This document shows, one piece after another, positions 30,601 through 43,824 of a stretch of 64,000 nt of DNA. Position 1 is the stretch's first letter. Every line of letters begins with the position of its first letter. Both the position numbers and the translations under genes were made by a program. The stretch is from Hormiphora californensis. Taxonomy: Eukaryota > Animalia > Ctenophora. The DNA lies in the NCBI GenBank assembly GCA_020137815.1, contig CM035352.1:3038001-3102000 (forward strand), read 5' to 3'. A model generated the notes under the pieces. The model did no database searches. It was not told the origin of the DNA and saw only the letters and a program-made list of their open reading frames with translations.

Positions 30601-33300
30601 TTCAATCCTTTTAAAAGTTTGGGTGAACATTGGTGAAGATAAGATCTTTGCTCACAAGAAAAATCAAGGTCAAAACTCAAAGTTCATTTTTCATTTTTGG
30701 TAGTTCATTCCACTCATTCAGGAACAAACATCCCTAAAGTGACGAAAAGGTTTGGGTTTTGTTTGGCCCATGTCCTGAAACGACAGAGAGGTGTAAAAAC
30801 GTGTTTCCGGGCTAGTTAGTGGGTGTCCATGTGATCATTATGATATCTGACACCTTTGCTGAGCCATAATTAAGAGATTTTCTCAAATTCAAACATGGGA
30901 TACGAGTATTCTGCGATTGGTATCGTGCACCAATAACAAGAGATCCCATAGCACCTCAAAAATTATGATTAGCTAAATGAAATGAGTTGATTTACGATTG
31001 AAAAGATTAAAACCAATGTAAAGTCGGACTAAACGAACATTTTCAAGCGTGAATCAACTCATTTCATTTAGCTAATCATAATTTTTGAGGTGCTATGGGA
31101 TCTCTTGTTATTGGTGCACGATACCAATCGCAGAATACTCGTATCCCATGTTTGAATTTGAGAAAATCTCTTAATTATGGCTCAGCAAAGGTGTCAGATA
31201 TCATAATGATCACATGGACACCCACTAACTAGCCCGGAAACACGTTTTTACACCTCTCTGTCGTTTCAGGACATGGGCCAAACAAAACCCAAACCTTTTC
31301 GTCACTTTAGGGATGTTTGTTCCTGAATGAGTGGAATGAACTACCAAAAATGAAAAATGAACTTTGAGTTTTGACCTTGATTTTTCTTGTGAGCAAAGAT
31401 CTTATCTTCACCAATGTTCACCCAAACTTTTAAAAGGATTGAACTGAAAGTAGCGGTGATACAGCTGATTGAAAGTCGCAGGAATGGCCAAAATCATGCA
31501 TTTGCATTTTCTCACCTGCCATGCGATCCGGTGCTTCAATTTGATTTTTATGGTGCTCATTGGAAAGATAATTTCGAGCCAAAGAAAAGTTTTTTACTCA
31601 AGGTAAACAATATTTCAGAATTCACGAATGAATGACAGGAATGTTCATTCATGAAAAATGAACTTTTGAAATTTAATTTAAAAACAAAGCCATCAGTTAG
31701 GAAGGAATTAATCCAGCACACTCCCGTAGTTTGTTTTCACACAACTATCACCGTTTTTGCGTGACAGCTCGCCAACCGACCCACAGAATATATGGGACAC
31801 CCTGTAGTTTCTATCTGGTATCAGGGGCGCTTAGAGTTTCCATTTCAGCCAACCTCACAATATGACAAAATCACAGATCTAGGGAAATTAAAGCGACTGT
31901 TATACCTGTTAAATGCAGCAATAAGCCGGGGACTAAGCATTGCCTCTAGCCTGTTAGACAGGTTGCTTAGTCGGTCACACCGCGTCTCATAATCAGGGAG
32001 GTTAACTAGTGCAGATAGTGCATCTCTCATCTCATCTAGCTTGTTAGAGATCGCATCAACATCCTGGAGAGAGTGGGGAAGGTGAGAGTGGGGAGGTTTT
32101 ATTGTAATAGAGGCCGTGGAGAGGTGGTATTATTAGGGGGTAGGCTGACTCTAGTGCTGCCGGACTCTAAACCCAAGGAGGACTCTAACCTTAACACTAA
32201 CCCATAAACTCGAGCCCAAATAACGGCCCTATCACTTCTAAACGAGTATAGAGGCACAGCAAACTCTCGTTTCCGGCCTGACGGCCGAAATCTCGAGTTC
32301 GCTTTTCGTGATTTTAGCACTAGAGTCCGCTTACCTAATAGGGGAGGAGGGGGAGATAATCGGATCATAGGGGGGGTCAGGGGAGGTAGTATAGATGGAA
32401 CGTGATGAACTAAAGTACATACGTTCAAAAGCAGCTAGGTATAATAGTAAATAGATTGGAAGTTGGGATAGTTGGGACAGCTTAGAAACTGATAGATATT
32501 AATTTGTTATAGTATAATTTACCTGTTCTTCAAATAGAGTATCAATCTGGTCATTTAGAATACACCACTTATCAGCTTGTTTCAGCCTTCTCTCTGTGCT
32601 TATCATACGAGATTTGACCCTGTCCAACTCCACCACACAAGACATTGACTCGGCTGTATCTTGTTGCACCTGCCAAGTAATGTACACATGTCAAGAGATT
32701 TGTAACAGCGGTTTAAATCTCAGGAAGGGGGGATGGAATTAAAATCAGACTGTCTTTATTAGGAGGTGATCAGGCCGTTTAATCACTAACCTTGTTGATG
32801 TCATTTCGAATTAGAGTCATTTGGTTTTTCAGTAGTACTGCCTCGTTATTCAGACCATGTAGTTCAGTTACCACTCTCGGTATGTCAGACAGTAGTGCCA
32901 TGGAACTCTCCTCTAGGTTACTGTTCACCTCCTATTGGGGTGATGATTGGGCAGGTAAGTAGAAATATGTGAATTTTAGGATTTTTCAGACAAGACCTGA
33001 TCACTTTCCGAACAATAATAGAGATATTAAGAATGACAGTTAAGTCTCTAGATGAACTGGAGGTAATTCAATAAGTGTACAACATCTACCTGCATCATCA
33101 GCTGTAACTTCATCACTAGAGTGTTGGGATTTTGTTCAACCTCCAGTGCATTGTTCAACCAACAGTTCAAATCAAAATCATCATCACAAAACTTAGAATA
33201 GTCCTGAGAAGAGGGGTGTTAAATCAATGTTAGAGGGATGTTGGCATCGTTAGGTCGGATATATGCTATGATAAAATCAATAATATTTACAACTCACCAT
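27615..33300 (-). CDS. COG7: Conserved oligomeric Golgi complex subunit 7 (multi-exon)
   Basis: ATG-only first coding exon (33298-33300), then DYSKFCDDDFDLNCWLN..LVMKLQLMMQEVN..VELDRVKSRM..ADKW, RLEAMLSPRL, FTPSPLSYITQLGDYLLLLPQQLEPF, QLCSDVSYISNVMGAL. Confidence 0.92.
30240..31804. mobile_element. Foldback element family B, intact copy in a COG7 intron
   Basis: TA-CAGGGTGTCCC...GGGACACCCTG-TA; ~750-bp essentially identical arms and a ~50-60-nt imperfect centre. Confidence 0.92.
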
Positions 33301-33340
33301 GGCTGATCTTGAGCCTATCTCGATCGTTTTCACCTAACCT

Positions 33341-34682
33341 CACGGCGTGCCTGGTGAAATTTTAACACGACCTAGCATGCGACGGGAAACCACCACTTGT
33401 ACGTGGTAGCTGAGGGTCTACAGAATGGCGCTACGGTGCGGGAAAAAAAAGTCCATGCCCTAAAATCGTTTTTTTTTACTTTTATTTGATTTGGGTCAAA
33501 ATTGGCTATATTAAACGTGGTCCCGAAAAATCCATAATGACTTAGCACACGAAATATGTCACCCCCACCTATTTTTGCACGTAGAATCGATTGCCGTTGA
33601 AGTCGAATCTCTAAAATGACTGTAAAATGATCAAAAGTTGATTTTTTACCATTTTTTGGAGGTTTTTGGCCCCTAAACCATTGAAAACGTTGAGATAGGG
33701 ATTTGAAACTAGTGCCAATCGTTAAAATGGTCATTTTTCTACCAAGAACTAAGTTTTCGTGTATATCCAATTTATGGTTAGATTTGGGCAAATTGTTGAA
33801 ATCTGCCAACTAGGAGAACCGTAACTTGATTTTCTTGTTTTTTGGATTTTGGCATTTTTGACAAACTTCTGATTGAAATGGTCAATCGGGACCATGCTTA
33901 AGTTGTTCATGGGACAATTTTCGACTAAAATCCAAGATTTCATACCAATCCAATAACAGATCGTTGATTTATAGAAAATTTAAGTAGGCAAAACGGTCAA
34001 AATAAGCAAGAAAAGATGTTATTTTGACCGTTTTGCCTACTTAAATTTTCTATAAATCAACGATCTGTTATTGGATTGGTATGAAATCTTGGATTTTAGT
34101 CGAAAATTGTCCCATAAACAACTTAAGCATGGTCCCGACTGGCTATTTCAATCAGAAGTTTGTCAAAAATGCCAAAATCCAAAAAACAAGAAAATCAAGT
34201 TACGGTTCTCCTAGTTGGCAGATTTCAACAATTTGCCCAAATCTAACCATAAATCGGATATACACGAAAACTTAGTTCTTGGTAGAAAAATGACCATTTT
34301 AACGATTGGCACTAGTTTCAAATCCCTATCTCAACGTTTTCAATGGTTTAGGGGCCAAAAACCTCCAAAAAATGGTAAAAAATCAACTTTTGACCATTTT
34401 ACAGTCATTTTAGAGATTCGACTTCAACGGCAATCGATTCTACGTGCAAAAATAGGTGGGGGTGACATATTTCGTGTGCTAAGTCATTATGGATTTTTCG
34501 GGACCACGTTTAATATAGCCAATTTTGACCCAAATCAAATAAAAGTAAAAAAAACGATTTTAGGGCATGGACTTTTTTTTCCCGCACCGTAGCGCCATTC
34601 TGTAGACCCTCAGCTACCACGTACAAGTGGTGGTTTCCCGTCGCATGCTAGGTCGTGTTAAAATTTCACCAGGCACGCCGTG
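33341..34682. mobile_element. Foldback element family A, copy 40 bp upstream of the COG7 ATG
   Basis: CACGGCGTG...CACGCCGTG with 4-bp TSD ACCT; homologous to 4356-5696 with the loop in the opposite orientation. Confidence 0.92.
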
Positions 34683-35726
34683 ACCTCCATTCTAATTACG
34701 ATGCTAAAGAATACATTGAATTAAAATCAGTGCGAGTAGACGTGGTGAACCGGTATCCCGGCCTTCGCTAAAAAAGGTAGACGTTGTCAAGGCCGTATTT
34801 TCGTAGGATTATTCGGAGACTATTGTTCTACTGCCTGCCGGGAATCAATGTTTGGTGCATATAACGTGAGATGTCTTTCTAGATTTCATTTCAGTTTTTC
34901 TGCTGAGACCGAGGAAGACTGAAGAGGCGATAAAACTCGATAAATGGAGACCGACCCGGGACAATTTAAAAGAGTATCCCGTGGTCCACACAGATATTGG
35001 CAAATGGCAGCCGCCTAACCTAGCGAGAGCTATCAAGATCTTGATCTTGCAAGAGATGTTCCGGTTAGAGATTGAAGGAATCATCAATCAGGACTCACGG
35101 ACACGCCAAACACCTTGGCCTATGCTACAGGCCCTAAAGCCTAGAAGCCGTGGAAAACGCGCGCACTTGGGGTCTGCAGCGCATGCCAACCAAACACCTT
35201 GCCAAAAGCTGAAACTGAACAAAAAACTGGTTTAAAATTTTTTTTTTAAATTTTTTTTTGGAAAAAAAAGTTTAAAATTTTGAGAACTCAGACTCCTTAA
35301 AAAGTTTAAAACTCTGCGCGCGCTTACACTTAACTGCTTACCGCGCCGCGTTAAATATTTGCGCGTCCGTGCGCGGTTACTAGCTGCTGAACGCTTCAAC
35401 TTTGTCATCTTGTAGAGAATTGTCACTGGCGCGCTCCAATGCCCACCGTCTTATTTACCCAATAAGTTGCTAGGGAATTATTGTGTACACGCAATTAGAA
35501 ATAAGCAAAGTTTGTTGAAAACTGAAACACTTAAACACAGTCAAAACTCAATTGTTCGATCATGATCTACCCAGTTAAAATAAGTCAAAACAAGTCCATC
35601 AGTTTTTGTACATAATCGCATGGGCCGTCAATCACTCAATGATTCATGCTAGCAGCTACTTAGTCAATAGTCACGATCCAGTATACTAGAAAAGAAGGCA
35701 AGGAAATTTGGTTGCAGTTCTCATCA

Positions 35727-38700
35727 TCAAGCAACAGATTCAGCATAGTTCCATGGGCATCCGCTCAAGTCACTCTGAAAATAGGGAGATGTTCGCTGGG
35801 TTAATCCTTTAATATATAAATCTTCGTAAAACAATTATCAGTCCCCGAGGGGTACATCGGTTACTGTCTCTCGCAACTTACAATAGAGATGGTGTCTGTA
35901 GAATCCACTTTCTTTATTTGTTGTTGCACTGGTTGTGATCGAACAGCGTGGACCACCCTGTAACATTGATATCATTTATTAGAGTTATTAACTGATCAAG
36001 CTACTCAATATTGAAACTATTATCATGATTAAATCTACAAAACTGCAAATGGGGCTATTACCGCGTGGCCCAAATTAAAGGGAGGGTACGTTGGCCTTCT
36101 TTTGACCCAGAAGTTTAATTTCAATCACTCTGATATTTTGACACAATGTCTGCATGGGTACTCATTCGAGGAATCCGAAGTTTCAGCCCTCTGGATAAAA
36201 GTTCATTTTTTTCGACCGAATGAACATTGAATGAACACCAATATGGGTTGTTTTGTACAAACTCTTTTATTTTATTTTATAAGCGGGGCGCGCGAAAAAC
36301 AGTCTAACCTGGCAACAATATGGGACCATATTTCGGTACCAAAGTTTCACAAATTTGTTTGGCTATCGATTTCCTTTCGAATGGGACCAGTTTGAGCTTA
36401 ATTGGATCACCACAAGAATCACAGTGATCCGTTTTCTAAGCCTAGGGTAAGTCATGTGATCCCCATCAAATTATGACGTGTTAGCAAGAGAGCTTACATT
36501 TTAACGGATGCTGTATCGGTACACCATCCTCATTAGCAGACGTGATACGTGATACGCGACCGTTACACCTGCTTATTGGCACTTCGTAATGACACTAGCG
36601 TCCCAATGGGGGTCACATGACCAGACCTAGGGTTAGAAAACTGGCCACTGTGTCTCTTGTGGTGGTCCAATTGAGCTCAAATCGGTCGCGTTTGAAAGGA
36701 AATCGATACCCGAAGGTGACTGTGAAATTCCGGTTCCAAAAAGCATTCCTGTTTTCAAGTTCATTCAGGATTCATTCCAGTCGGAAAAATGAATTTTAAG
36801 ATAGAGAGCTTAAATTCCGGCTAACATCAAAATTGATCAAGTGTAGTGGCCGTACAGATTTTTAGCGCCTGAATTTACCGATTTCTGGTCAAAACAGGTC
36901 AAAATCGATGTTTGGTAAAAAATATATATATATATATATATATATAACTTATTTCACCCACTAAACTTGATTCAATTTTAATAAAAATGCAGATTGCCAT
37001 TTGTTGATACTTGCTCTAATGTATGGCGGTTTTTAAAATAATAAAATCGAATTTAATCAAGAGAAAACCTCAAAAAACCCGAAAAACGAAAAATTGAGTT
37101 CATTAATGAACTTTCAACTTTTATGATTCGAAACTTCGGATTCCTCGAATGAGTACCCATGCAGACATTGTGTCAAAATATCAGAGTGATTGAAATTAAA
37201 CTTCTGGGTGAAAAGAAGGCCAACCCTTTAATTTGGGCCACGCGGTATATCCGCTCAACAATGGTATAAACTATTGCAGGTCCCTACTTGATTTGTTCAG
37301 GTTCAGCGAGTATTGGTATTTCTTCAACAGGTTCGTCAAAGAACACAGTACGGTAGGGTGTGATAGGTCGAGAGCGGGGTTGTCTAGAATGCATCGTTAA
37401 CACTTCTTCTTTCAGTTCAGCATCTTCTGTCTGTTGGAAGGGGTACTGAGCAGGGGTTAGCTCCAGAGAAGGGGTACTGAGCAGGGGTTAGCTCCAGAGA
37501 AGGGGTACTGAGCAGGGGTTAGATCCAGAGAAGGGGTACTGAGCAGGGGTTAGCTCCAGAGAAGGGGTACTGAGCAGGGGTTAGCTCCAGAGAAGGGGTA
37601 CTGAGCAGGGGTTAGCTCCAGAGAAGGGGTACTGAGCAGGGGTTAGCTCCAGAGAAGGGGTATTGAGCAGGGGTTAGCTCCAGAGAAGGGGTACTGAGCA
37701 GGGGTTAGCTCCAGAGAAGGGGTACTGAGCAGGGGTTAGCTCCAGAGAAGGGGTACTGAGCAGGGGTTAGCTCCAGAGAAGGGGTACTGAGCAGGGGTTA
37801 GCTCCAGAGAAGGGGTACTGAGCAGGGGTTAGCTCCAGAGAAGGGGTAGGGCGAGAGAGAATTTTGGCAGAGTGAATCTGTCGTTAGTGGAATTTCAACT
37901 TGAACAAGGAACATGGGATTTATAAATAGAGCATGGTGTTACCATGGTGTTACCATGTGTAATCTAGACTGTTACCATTATGTGTGTAGGTGGTGGAGCA
38001 GCGTTAACTTTGTTAACTTGACTGTTTGTTACTGCAATCCCTCCCGATAGGACACTCTCTTCCTCCTGAATAAGGATATAACATTTAGATTGAAGTTGTA
38101 GGATGTCAGGTAAGAAGGAAACAAAACACACCAGAGACCGAAAGACTGGGAACAATGAACATGTCAACAGTCAAAGCAAGGCAAGAAGTTGGGTACAGTG
38201 TCCCCTCTCTTCTTGGGAAGGGGATCCCTAACTAAACGTAGCGTGCACGATAACATGAGAGAGACAGCGCAGGAGGATATAAGAAGGGGGGGGGGATATC
38301 ATACCCAAGGCAAGAAGATGTCTCTCAAGCTATAATATGTTATACGCGCCCGGTATGGATGAGGGTGAATAGAGACAGTGACAAGTAGGTTTTGGGTATC
38401 GGAACAAAGGTACGAATACTCAGATACAGGGCCGATTTGAGGGAACTCAGAACGGTGAACTTATTAGGGTTAAAGAAGAATATTATAAGTAACGATAAGA
38501 AAGAGATATAATAGATTGATCTAAATGTTGACTCAGTGATGCTGAGTAGTGTGGGCAATCGCAGGGGCGACTGAGGTCAAGGGATGACCTTATATATCCC
38601 ATAAGGGAGAAGGAGGGTTGACACATAGGTAATTTAGAGTGTCACGAAGGGTCCAAATATTCAATGATAAGACCTCTGATAATCCTGCAGAACCCTGCAG

Positions 38701-41700
38701 AACGAAGGACTGTCAATCACGTAACAAATCCTTCTTCTAAATAAAAATTTTAAAAAAATGTCTTTGAATCACACTCTAAGAAATATATTCATGCAAAAAA
38801 AAAAAGAGTCTGTCGCTCTAATAGTTCATATAATAGAAAGTATAGTCTGTTCCATCCTCATGGTTCGGGACAGTAACAGGACCAGTATCAGGACCAGTAT
38901 CAGGACCAGTATCAGGACTAGTATCAGGACCAGTATCAGAATTAGGCTGGCCAACAAGGAGTAGAATGAGCATTAGGTATATTGCCAGCTGCTTTTGTCC
39001 AAGATGGGGAGCTGGTGCTATACCAAGCTACAGAAACTAAAGGGGGAATCGACTCTTTTTGTTGAGGGCTGAAATGTTTCAGCTTCCTGAAACACTGTGT
39101 TAGATGTTTGGAAGTGAAAGAGATATCACAATGTTTTAGGGAATTTTGAAAGAAAGAGGTATCACGATGTTTTTAGGGATTTTGATTTTAGGGAATAGGG
39201 ATGTTTTTTAGGGATGGTAATTATATTAGTAATTATAGGGAATATAGGGATATAGGGAATAGGTTTCACGATATAGGGATATAGGGAATATAGGGATATA
39301 GGGAATAGGTTTCACGATCTTTAGGGATTTCAAAATTTGGGATTTCAAAATGGAAGGGGTATTACAATGTTTTAGGGATTTTGCTAAAAGGGAATAGGTT
39401 TCAGGATTTTTTAGGGATTTCAAATTTGGGATTTCAAAATGGAAGGGGTATTACAATGTTTTAGGGATTTGGAAAGGAAGAGATATCACATTTTTAGAAA
39501 ATGCTTCAGGGATAGAACCTGTTTCATGGAAAAGGTTTTAGGGTTGGAAAGTGCCCCAGGGTTGGAAAATGTTTCACAGGGAACATACTAACAAATAGGG
39601 ACATGACAGGTATGCGATATTCTCGCGGTGATCTCCCAAAATCGGTAGGGAGAGAACATATCAAATATGCTGAGAAATATTACGAATCTCCTTGGATTTT
39701 CTCACTCCAAAATCCAAGAGATAGTCACTTAGTATAACTGTCAATGTCTCCGTGCCTAATTCTCTAATTAGGACTTGCGAAAAATAGGTCTGCAAACTTT
39801 ATGCAGAAAATCACACATCAACTCAAACTCATGCACTGGTCCCCGACCACGACACATGAGTTAATCTATAACCTAACCCAGTTAGGCTAAACAACAGCAA
39901 TATCCTTATACAGAGAGTATACTCAATCCAGCATGAGTATAAATGCACCTGGAAGGTCAAGTGATAAAATTCACGTGTACAAATGCTGCCCTATGTTAAT
40001 CCAATGAGGGATCAGCACGAATAAACCTGTGAGTATAAGAGATATGCCTGAAATATAAATGTGTACTCATCAGTACGTGAAAGAAAAGGGTTCAACAACC
40101 TGAAATAAGGAATAATGCACAATAATCAAGGGAAGCCTCGATTCAACAAACAAACAAACAAACAAACAAATAAACAAACAAACAAACGAACAAACAAATA
40201 AATAAATAAATAAAAGTGTTGGGATGATTAATTAAGGACGAAGGGATTAGTTAAGGAATAATCAACTTTTTTTAAAAATCCTCAGAAGATGGGTTAGCTT
40301 GGGATCGAAATCGTTTATCTCGGGAATAATTTCGAGATTGAGGGATTCGGGATCTTGAACGGGAATGAGCACGGTATTCATCATTTTGGTAATCATGTGA
40401 TGATCTAGGGATTTCATCATAATCGGTAAACTCACGTTGTCTCAACAAGGGATAAGGATCATGCCGGGTTGAACTTTCCGAGGGATTGCACATCAGGTAG
40501 GCTCTCTCCGTCAATTTTGCCGATTTTACAGCAGAAGCAAATGATGAAGGGGATATGGTATTAAGGTGAAGTTTAATTCTTCTATCTGACACACCTCTAA
40601 TGAATGCCATCAGGGAAAATTCATCAGCTTCGGAGGGATTGTTGGGACAAGCAATAGATGCTTTCTGACATAACCTGTCGGCATACTCTTGTACACTTTC
40701 AGAGGGATTTTGGGAGCAATCAAGTAACTTGTTTTTAAGGAAGAAAGCGTCCTCATCATAAATAGCTTTTTTAAACTCATTTATAAAGGAATCACAATCA
40801 ATTGATTGTTCAGGGGTTAGTTTAACGGATTTTAATTGATTGTAAACGGTATCATCGTTAATACATTGAAGGAAATAAGGGAGATGGTTCGCAATAGGTA
40901 TATAGGTAAGCTTCGTATGTTCAGTGAATCGCTTGCAGAAGGTTACAAAGTCATCACCTTTCTCAAATTTTTTGAGCGGCTGGCCATGGGATAAGTTACT
41001 TAGAACAGAAGCGAGATCAGGTTGATTAAGGGATGGAGGAAGGTTTAGTTTACTCATCATTTCACTAACAAAATTAGGGTCAGATTTGGTAAAATTAGCA
41101 ATGTGATTTAAAAGCTCTTGCTTGGAGAGTGTCATAGCGGGATATTACGACAAATAGTAGATAGAGCAACGAGGGTAAAAGGATTTGTATCAGGCTCCAA
41201 TTGTTATACGCGCCCGGTATGGATGAGGGTGAATAGAGACAGTGACAAGTAGGTTTTGGGTATCGGAACAAAGGTACGAATACTCAGATACAGGGCCGAT
41301 TTGAGGGAACTCAGAACGGTGAACTTATTAGGGTTAAAGAAGAATATTATAAGTAACGATAAGAAAGAGATATAATAGATTGATCTAAATGTTGACTCAG
41401 TGATGCTGAGTAGTGTGGGCAATCGCAGGGGCGACTGAGGTCAAGGGATGACCTTATATATCCCATAAGGGAGAAGGAGGGTTGACACATAGGTAATTTA
41501 GAGTGTCACGAAGGGTCCAAATATTCAATGATAAGACCTCTGATAATCCTGCAGAACCCTGCAGAACGAAGGACTGTCAATCACGTAACAAATAGTGATG
41601 AAAGTACCCAACTATAAAACAGTGTCTTACCAGGACATCCCCATACCAAGAAGGAACCTCAGTAAGATCACAGCTCCCAGTCATAACTACTGATGGTGAC

Positions 41701-43106
41701 CTTCTTTTTAGTGGTTCTGGTGGTACTGGGTCAACCTCCTTCTCTTCTTCCTCTTCCTCCACTTCCTCTAATTCCTTCTCTCCATCCTTTGTCATGGTTT
41801 TATCTTCCTCGACTTCTTCAGCTTCATCTTCAACCTGTTCAATCGCTGTTTTACAATCCTCCTCCTTTTTGACACCCATTTCTTCGCCTGATTTTTCATT
41901 CTCACCCGATTTATTATCAACAGATTCCTTCGCTGAATCCTCCTTTCCTGACCCCTTTTTCTCTGCTTTCTCCTTCTTTTTCTTTCCCTTCTTATCCTTT
42001 TTATCTTTTGTATCTTTCTCTTCGTTTTTGTCGCTTTTCGCCGTACTTTCTGAGGACTCGGAGGACTTTCGTTTCTTCTTTTTCCTCCCTGAGCAGTGAT
42101 GTTTTGCTAACTTGGTTGGCAATGGAAGATTGGAAGGTATTCCAGATTGTTTTGAAGGCAAATTACTCATAAAGTCAACAAGTTACTAATAAGTTCAACT
42201 TACCAAAATTGAAGATGCTTTCCACCGTTGCAACATAATCCTGTGTTACCACTACCTCATCACCCTCCTTCTCATCCTTTTCCTCATCACCCTCCTTGTG
42301 AGATGCAGTGGCCCCAGGTACTGGTACTGGTACTGGTAGTGCTTTTGTTACCTGGGCCCCAGGTACTGGTAGTGCTTTTGTTACAGGGGCTGTTTTTGGT
42401 CGAGCTATATCAGGAGCAGTTTTAGACCTGTTCATGGTCCTGTTCATGGAGTGGCGGGTATCTGGACCTGAAAGTAAAATATTGGTATGGATACTGATAT
42501 CATTATACCTCACAGATAGAATATATAAGAAAACCTCGTCAAAATCATTAATAATTGTGTTTCGTTGACTTATGTGATTCAGACTATCTGGTGTATTATA
42601 AACCGTATTTACTATATTTCCTTACCTTTTCCAACTGGTTTGTTCGACTCACAGGAGCGAGGCAAGATACGTTCTAAACTCTGACGAACATTGATTGCTT
42701 GACCTGAACATTTCAGACTGCTCTTTGAGTGAGATGGCCCGTCCGATGTTATTGTAGGTTGAGATGGAACAAAAATACTCTGTCCTCTTTCCTGAAAATA
42801 TTGCTCGAATAATGGTATTAGTTACTCACTCACTCGTTCAGCTGAAACAAATATTGACATTCTGTATAGGCCTGTATGGCGGCGCCCATACCCCAATTTG
42901 ATTCTCAAAGTGCGCTCAGATGGGGTCGGCGGCGCCAGACAGTGTAAAGGCCTGTATGAACAAATAATGATATCTTTTCTAACCTGCAACAGGGTGACAA
43001 TAAAAGACACGGGATCATCAGGTTTTTTCTCTACCACATTCCTCATTAACTCCTCAAACAACACCTCTATGTTCTTATTCTGGATATACTCCCGTGTTCT
43101 TGTCAT
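35727..43106 (-). CDS. Protein with N-terminal Dpy-30/RIIa-type dimerisation motif and K/E-rich low-complexity body (C8orf34-like), multi-exon
   Basis: MTRTREYIQNKNIEVLFEELMRNVVEKKPDDPVSFIVTLLQ. In-frame GT-AG exons traced at ~42200-42467, ~41632-42090, ~37976-38065, ~37289-37430, ~35882-35957 and 35727-35774 (SDLSGCPWNYAESVA*). Some middle exon limits are uncertain. Confidence 0.65.
36061..37245. mobile_element. Non-autonomous Tc1/mariner-pogo-like element with nested internal inverted repeats
   Basis: TA-CCGCGTGGCCCAAATTAAAGGG / CCCTTTAATTTGGGCCACGCGG-TA, ~120-bp TIRs and a diverged inner IR ~36360-36710. Intronic. Confidence 0.82.
37438..37847 (-). repeat. 31-bp minisatellite (~13 copies) abutting a splice acceptor
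   Basis: Transcribed-strand unit TCTGGAGCTAACCCCTGCTCAGTACCCCTTC contains CTAAC and CTCAG; the last copy runs into CCAACAG| of the exon. Confidence 0.92.
38338..41590 (-). mobile_element. Non-autonomous gag-only LTR retrotransposon (Ty3/gypsy-like), intronic
   Basis: 389-bp TG..CA LTRs at 38338-38726 and 41202-41590, apparently identical, with 4-bp TSD AATA. PBS-like TGGAGCC follows the 5' LTR and polypurine AGAAGAAGGA precedes the 3' LTR. No pol. Confidence 0.93.
40272..41135 (-). CDS. Retrotransposon Gag-like protein
   Basis: 287-aa ORF just after the PBS; MHR-like Q..SESVQEYADRL and AFIRGV..IK. Confidence 0.8.
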   Translation of the reverse strand: MTLSKQELLNHIANFTKSDPNFVSEMMSKLNLPPSLNQPDLASVLSNLSHGQPLKKFEKGDDFVTFCKRFTEHTKLTYIPIANHLPYFLQCINDDTVYNQLKSVKLTPEQSIDCDSFINEFKKAIYDEDAFFLKNKLLDCSQNPSESVQEYADRLCQKASIACPNNPSEADEFSLMAFIRGVSDRRIKLHLNTISPSSFASAVKSAKLTERAYLMCNPSESSTRHDPYPLLRQREFTDYDEIPRSSHDYQNDEYRAHSRSRSRIPQSRNYSRDKRFRSQANPSSEDF

Positions 43107-43489
43107 GACTGATCTAGCAGCCAATGAAGTTTTGGTTTAGTAAAACTAGCAAAGTAGAAGCTTGTATCAATAATACGGTGTAGGATCAGACAACTCATAT
43201 CAGCCTTAAGTAGGCGATATGAAATAGTTTACTGCAGCGAATCCGCTAATGAACCAACTGTTCAGTGTTCACCTCATTGATCATTTTTAGTTTTTTTTTT
43301 ACGTTTGCCGTTTCTAATAATATCTCCAGTTTCTGATAAGATAAAGACTTGATCCCGGTTGCATTAGGAAGGTATTTTCATTGTCTTTCCAATTCAATTG
43401 GGATAAAGTCTCAGGTCTCTCTCTCTCTCTTAATCAGGAACTGAAGATATCGCAGAGAAATACAAAAAAGGTTAAAAAACAAACTTTGC

Positions 43490-43680
43490 GAAAAGTGAAA
43501 ACCAGGGCGGAAAAATTCCAGCTTCTTGATCTTGAACATCGATGCGCGTGCGACGCCATAAGTCGATTTAAATGTGACGCGCCAACATAATTTGTTTTGC
43601 GTTGCATTTTGCGCGGCGTTAAACATCACCACTCGGATCCACTCCGCAAACAATCGACGAATTGACCAATCACAGCTCAG
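43490..43680. promoter_or_regulatory. Probable bidirectional promoter between the C8orf34-like gene and the Y-box gene
   Basis: Divergent ATGs at 43106 and 43825, a CGCG-rich patch and a CCAAT box at ~43666. Confidence 0.45.
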
Positions 43681-43824
43681 GAAGGTTGATTACAGAGAGA
43701 GCGGTGCTTACGGAGACTTTATGATGGAATAACATCTGTTGAATTCGTTTGAGAGAGTTTTCGCGTGTACCATCCCCAACAACATCCATCAGAGTAAAGC
43801 CGGGGCGAACATCAGCCTGACAAA

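Noticed and set aside
33372-34592. 64-145-aa ORFs in family A arms
   Set aside because: Frames differ between arms and copies because of indels; no recognisable domain.
38340-38558. Duplicated 72-aa hydrophobic ORF (also 41204-41422)
   Set aside because: Lies within the LTRs and has a non-ATG start; incidental.
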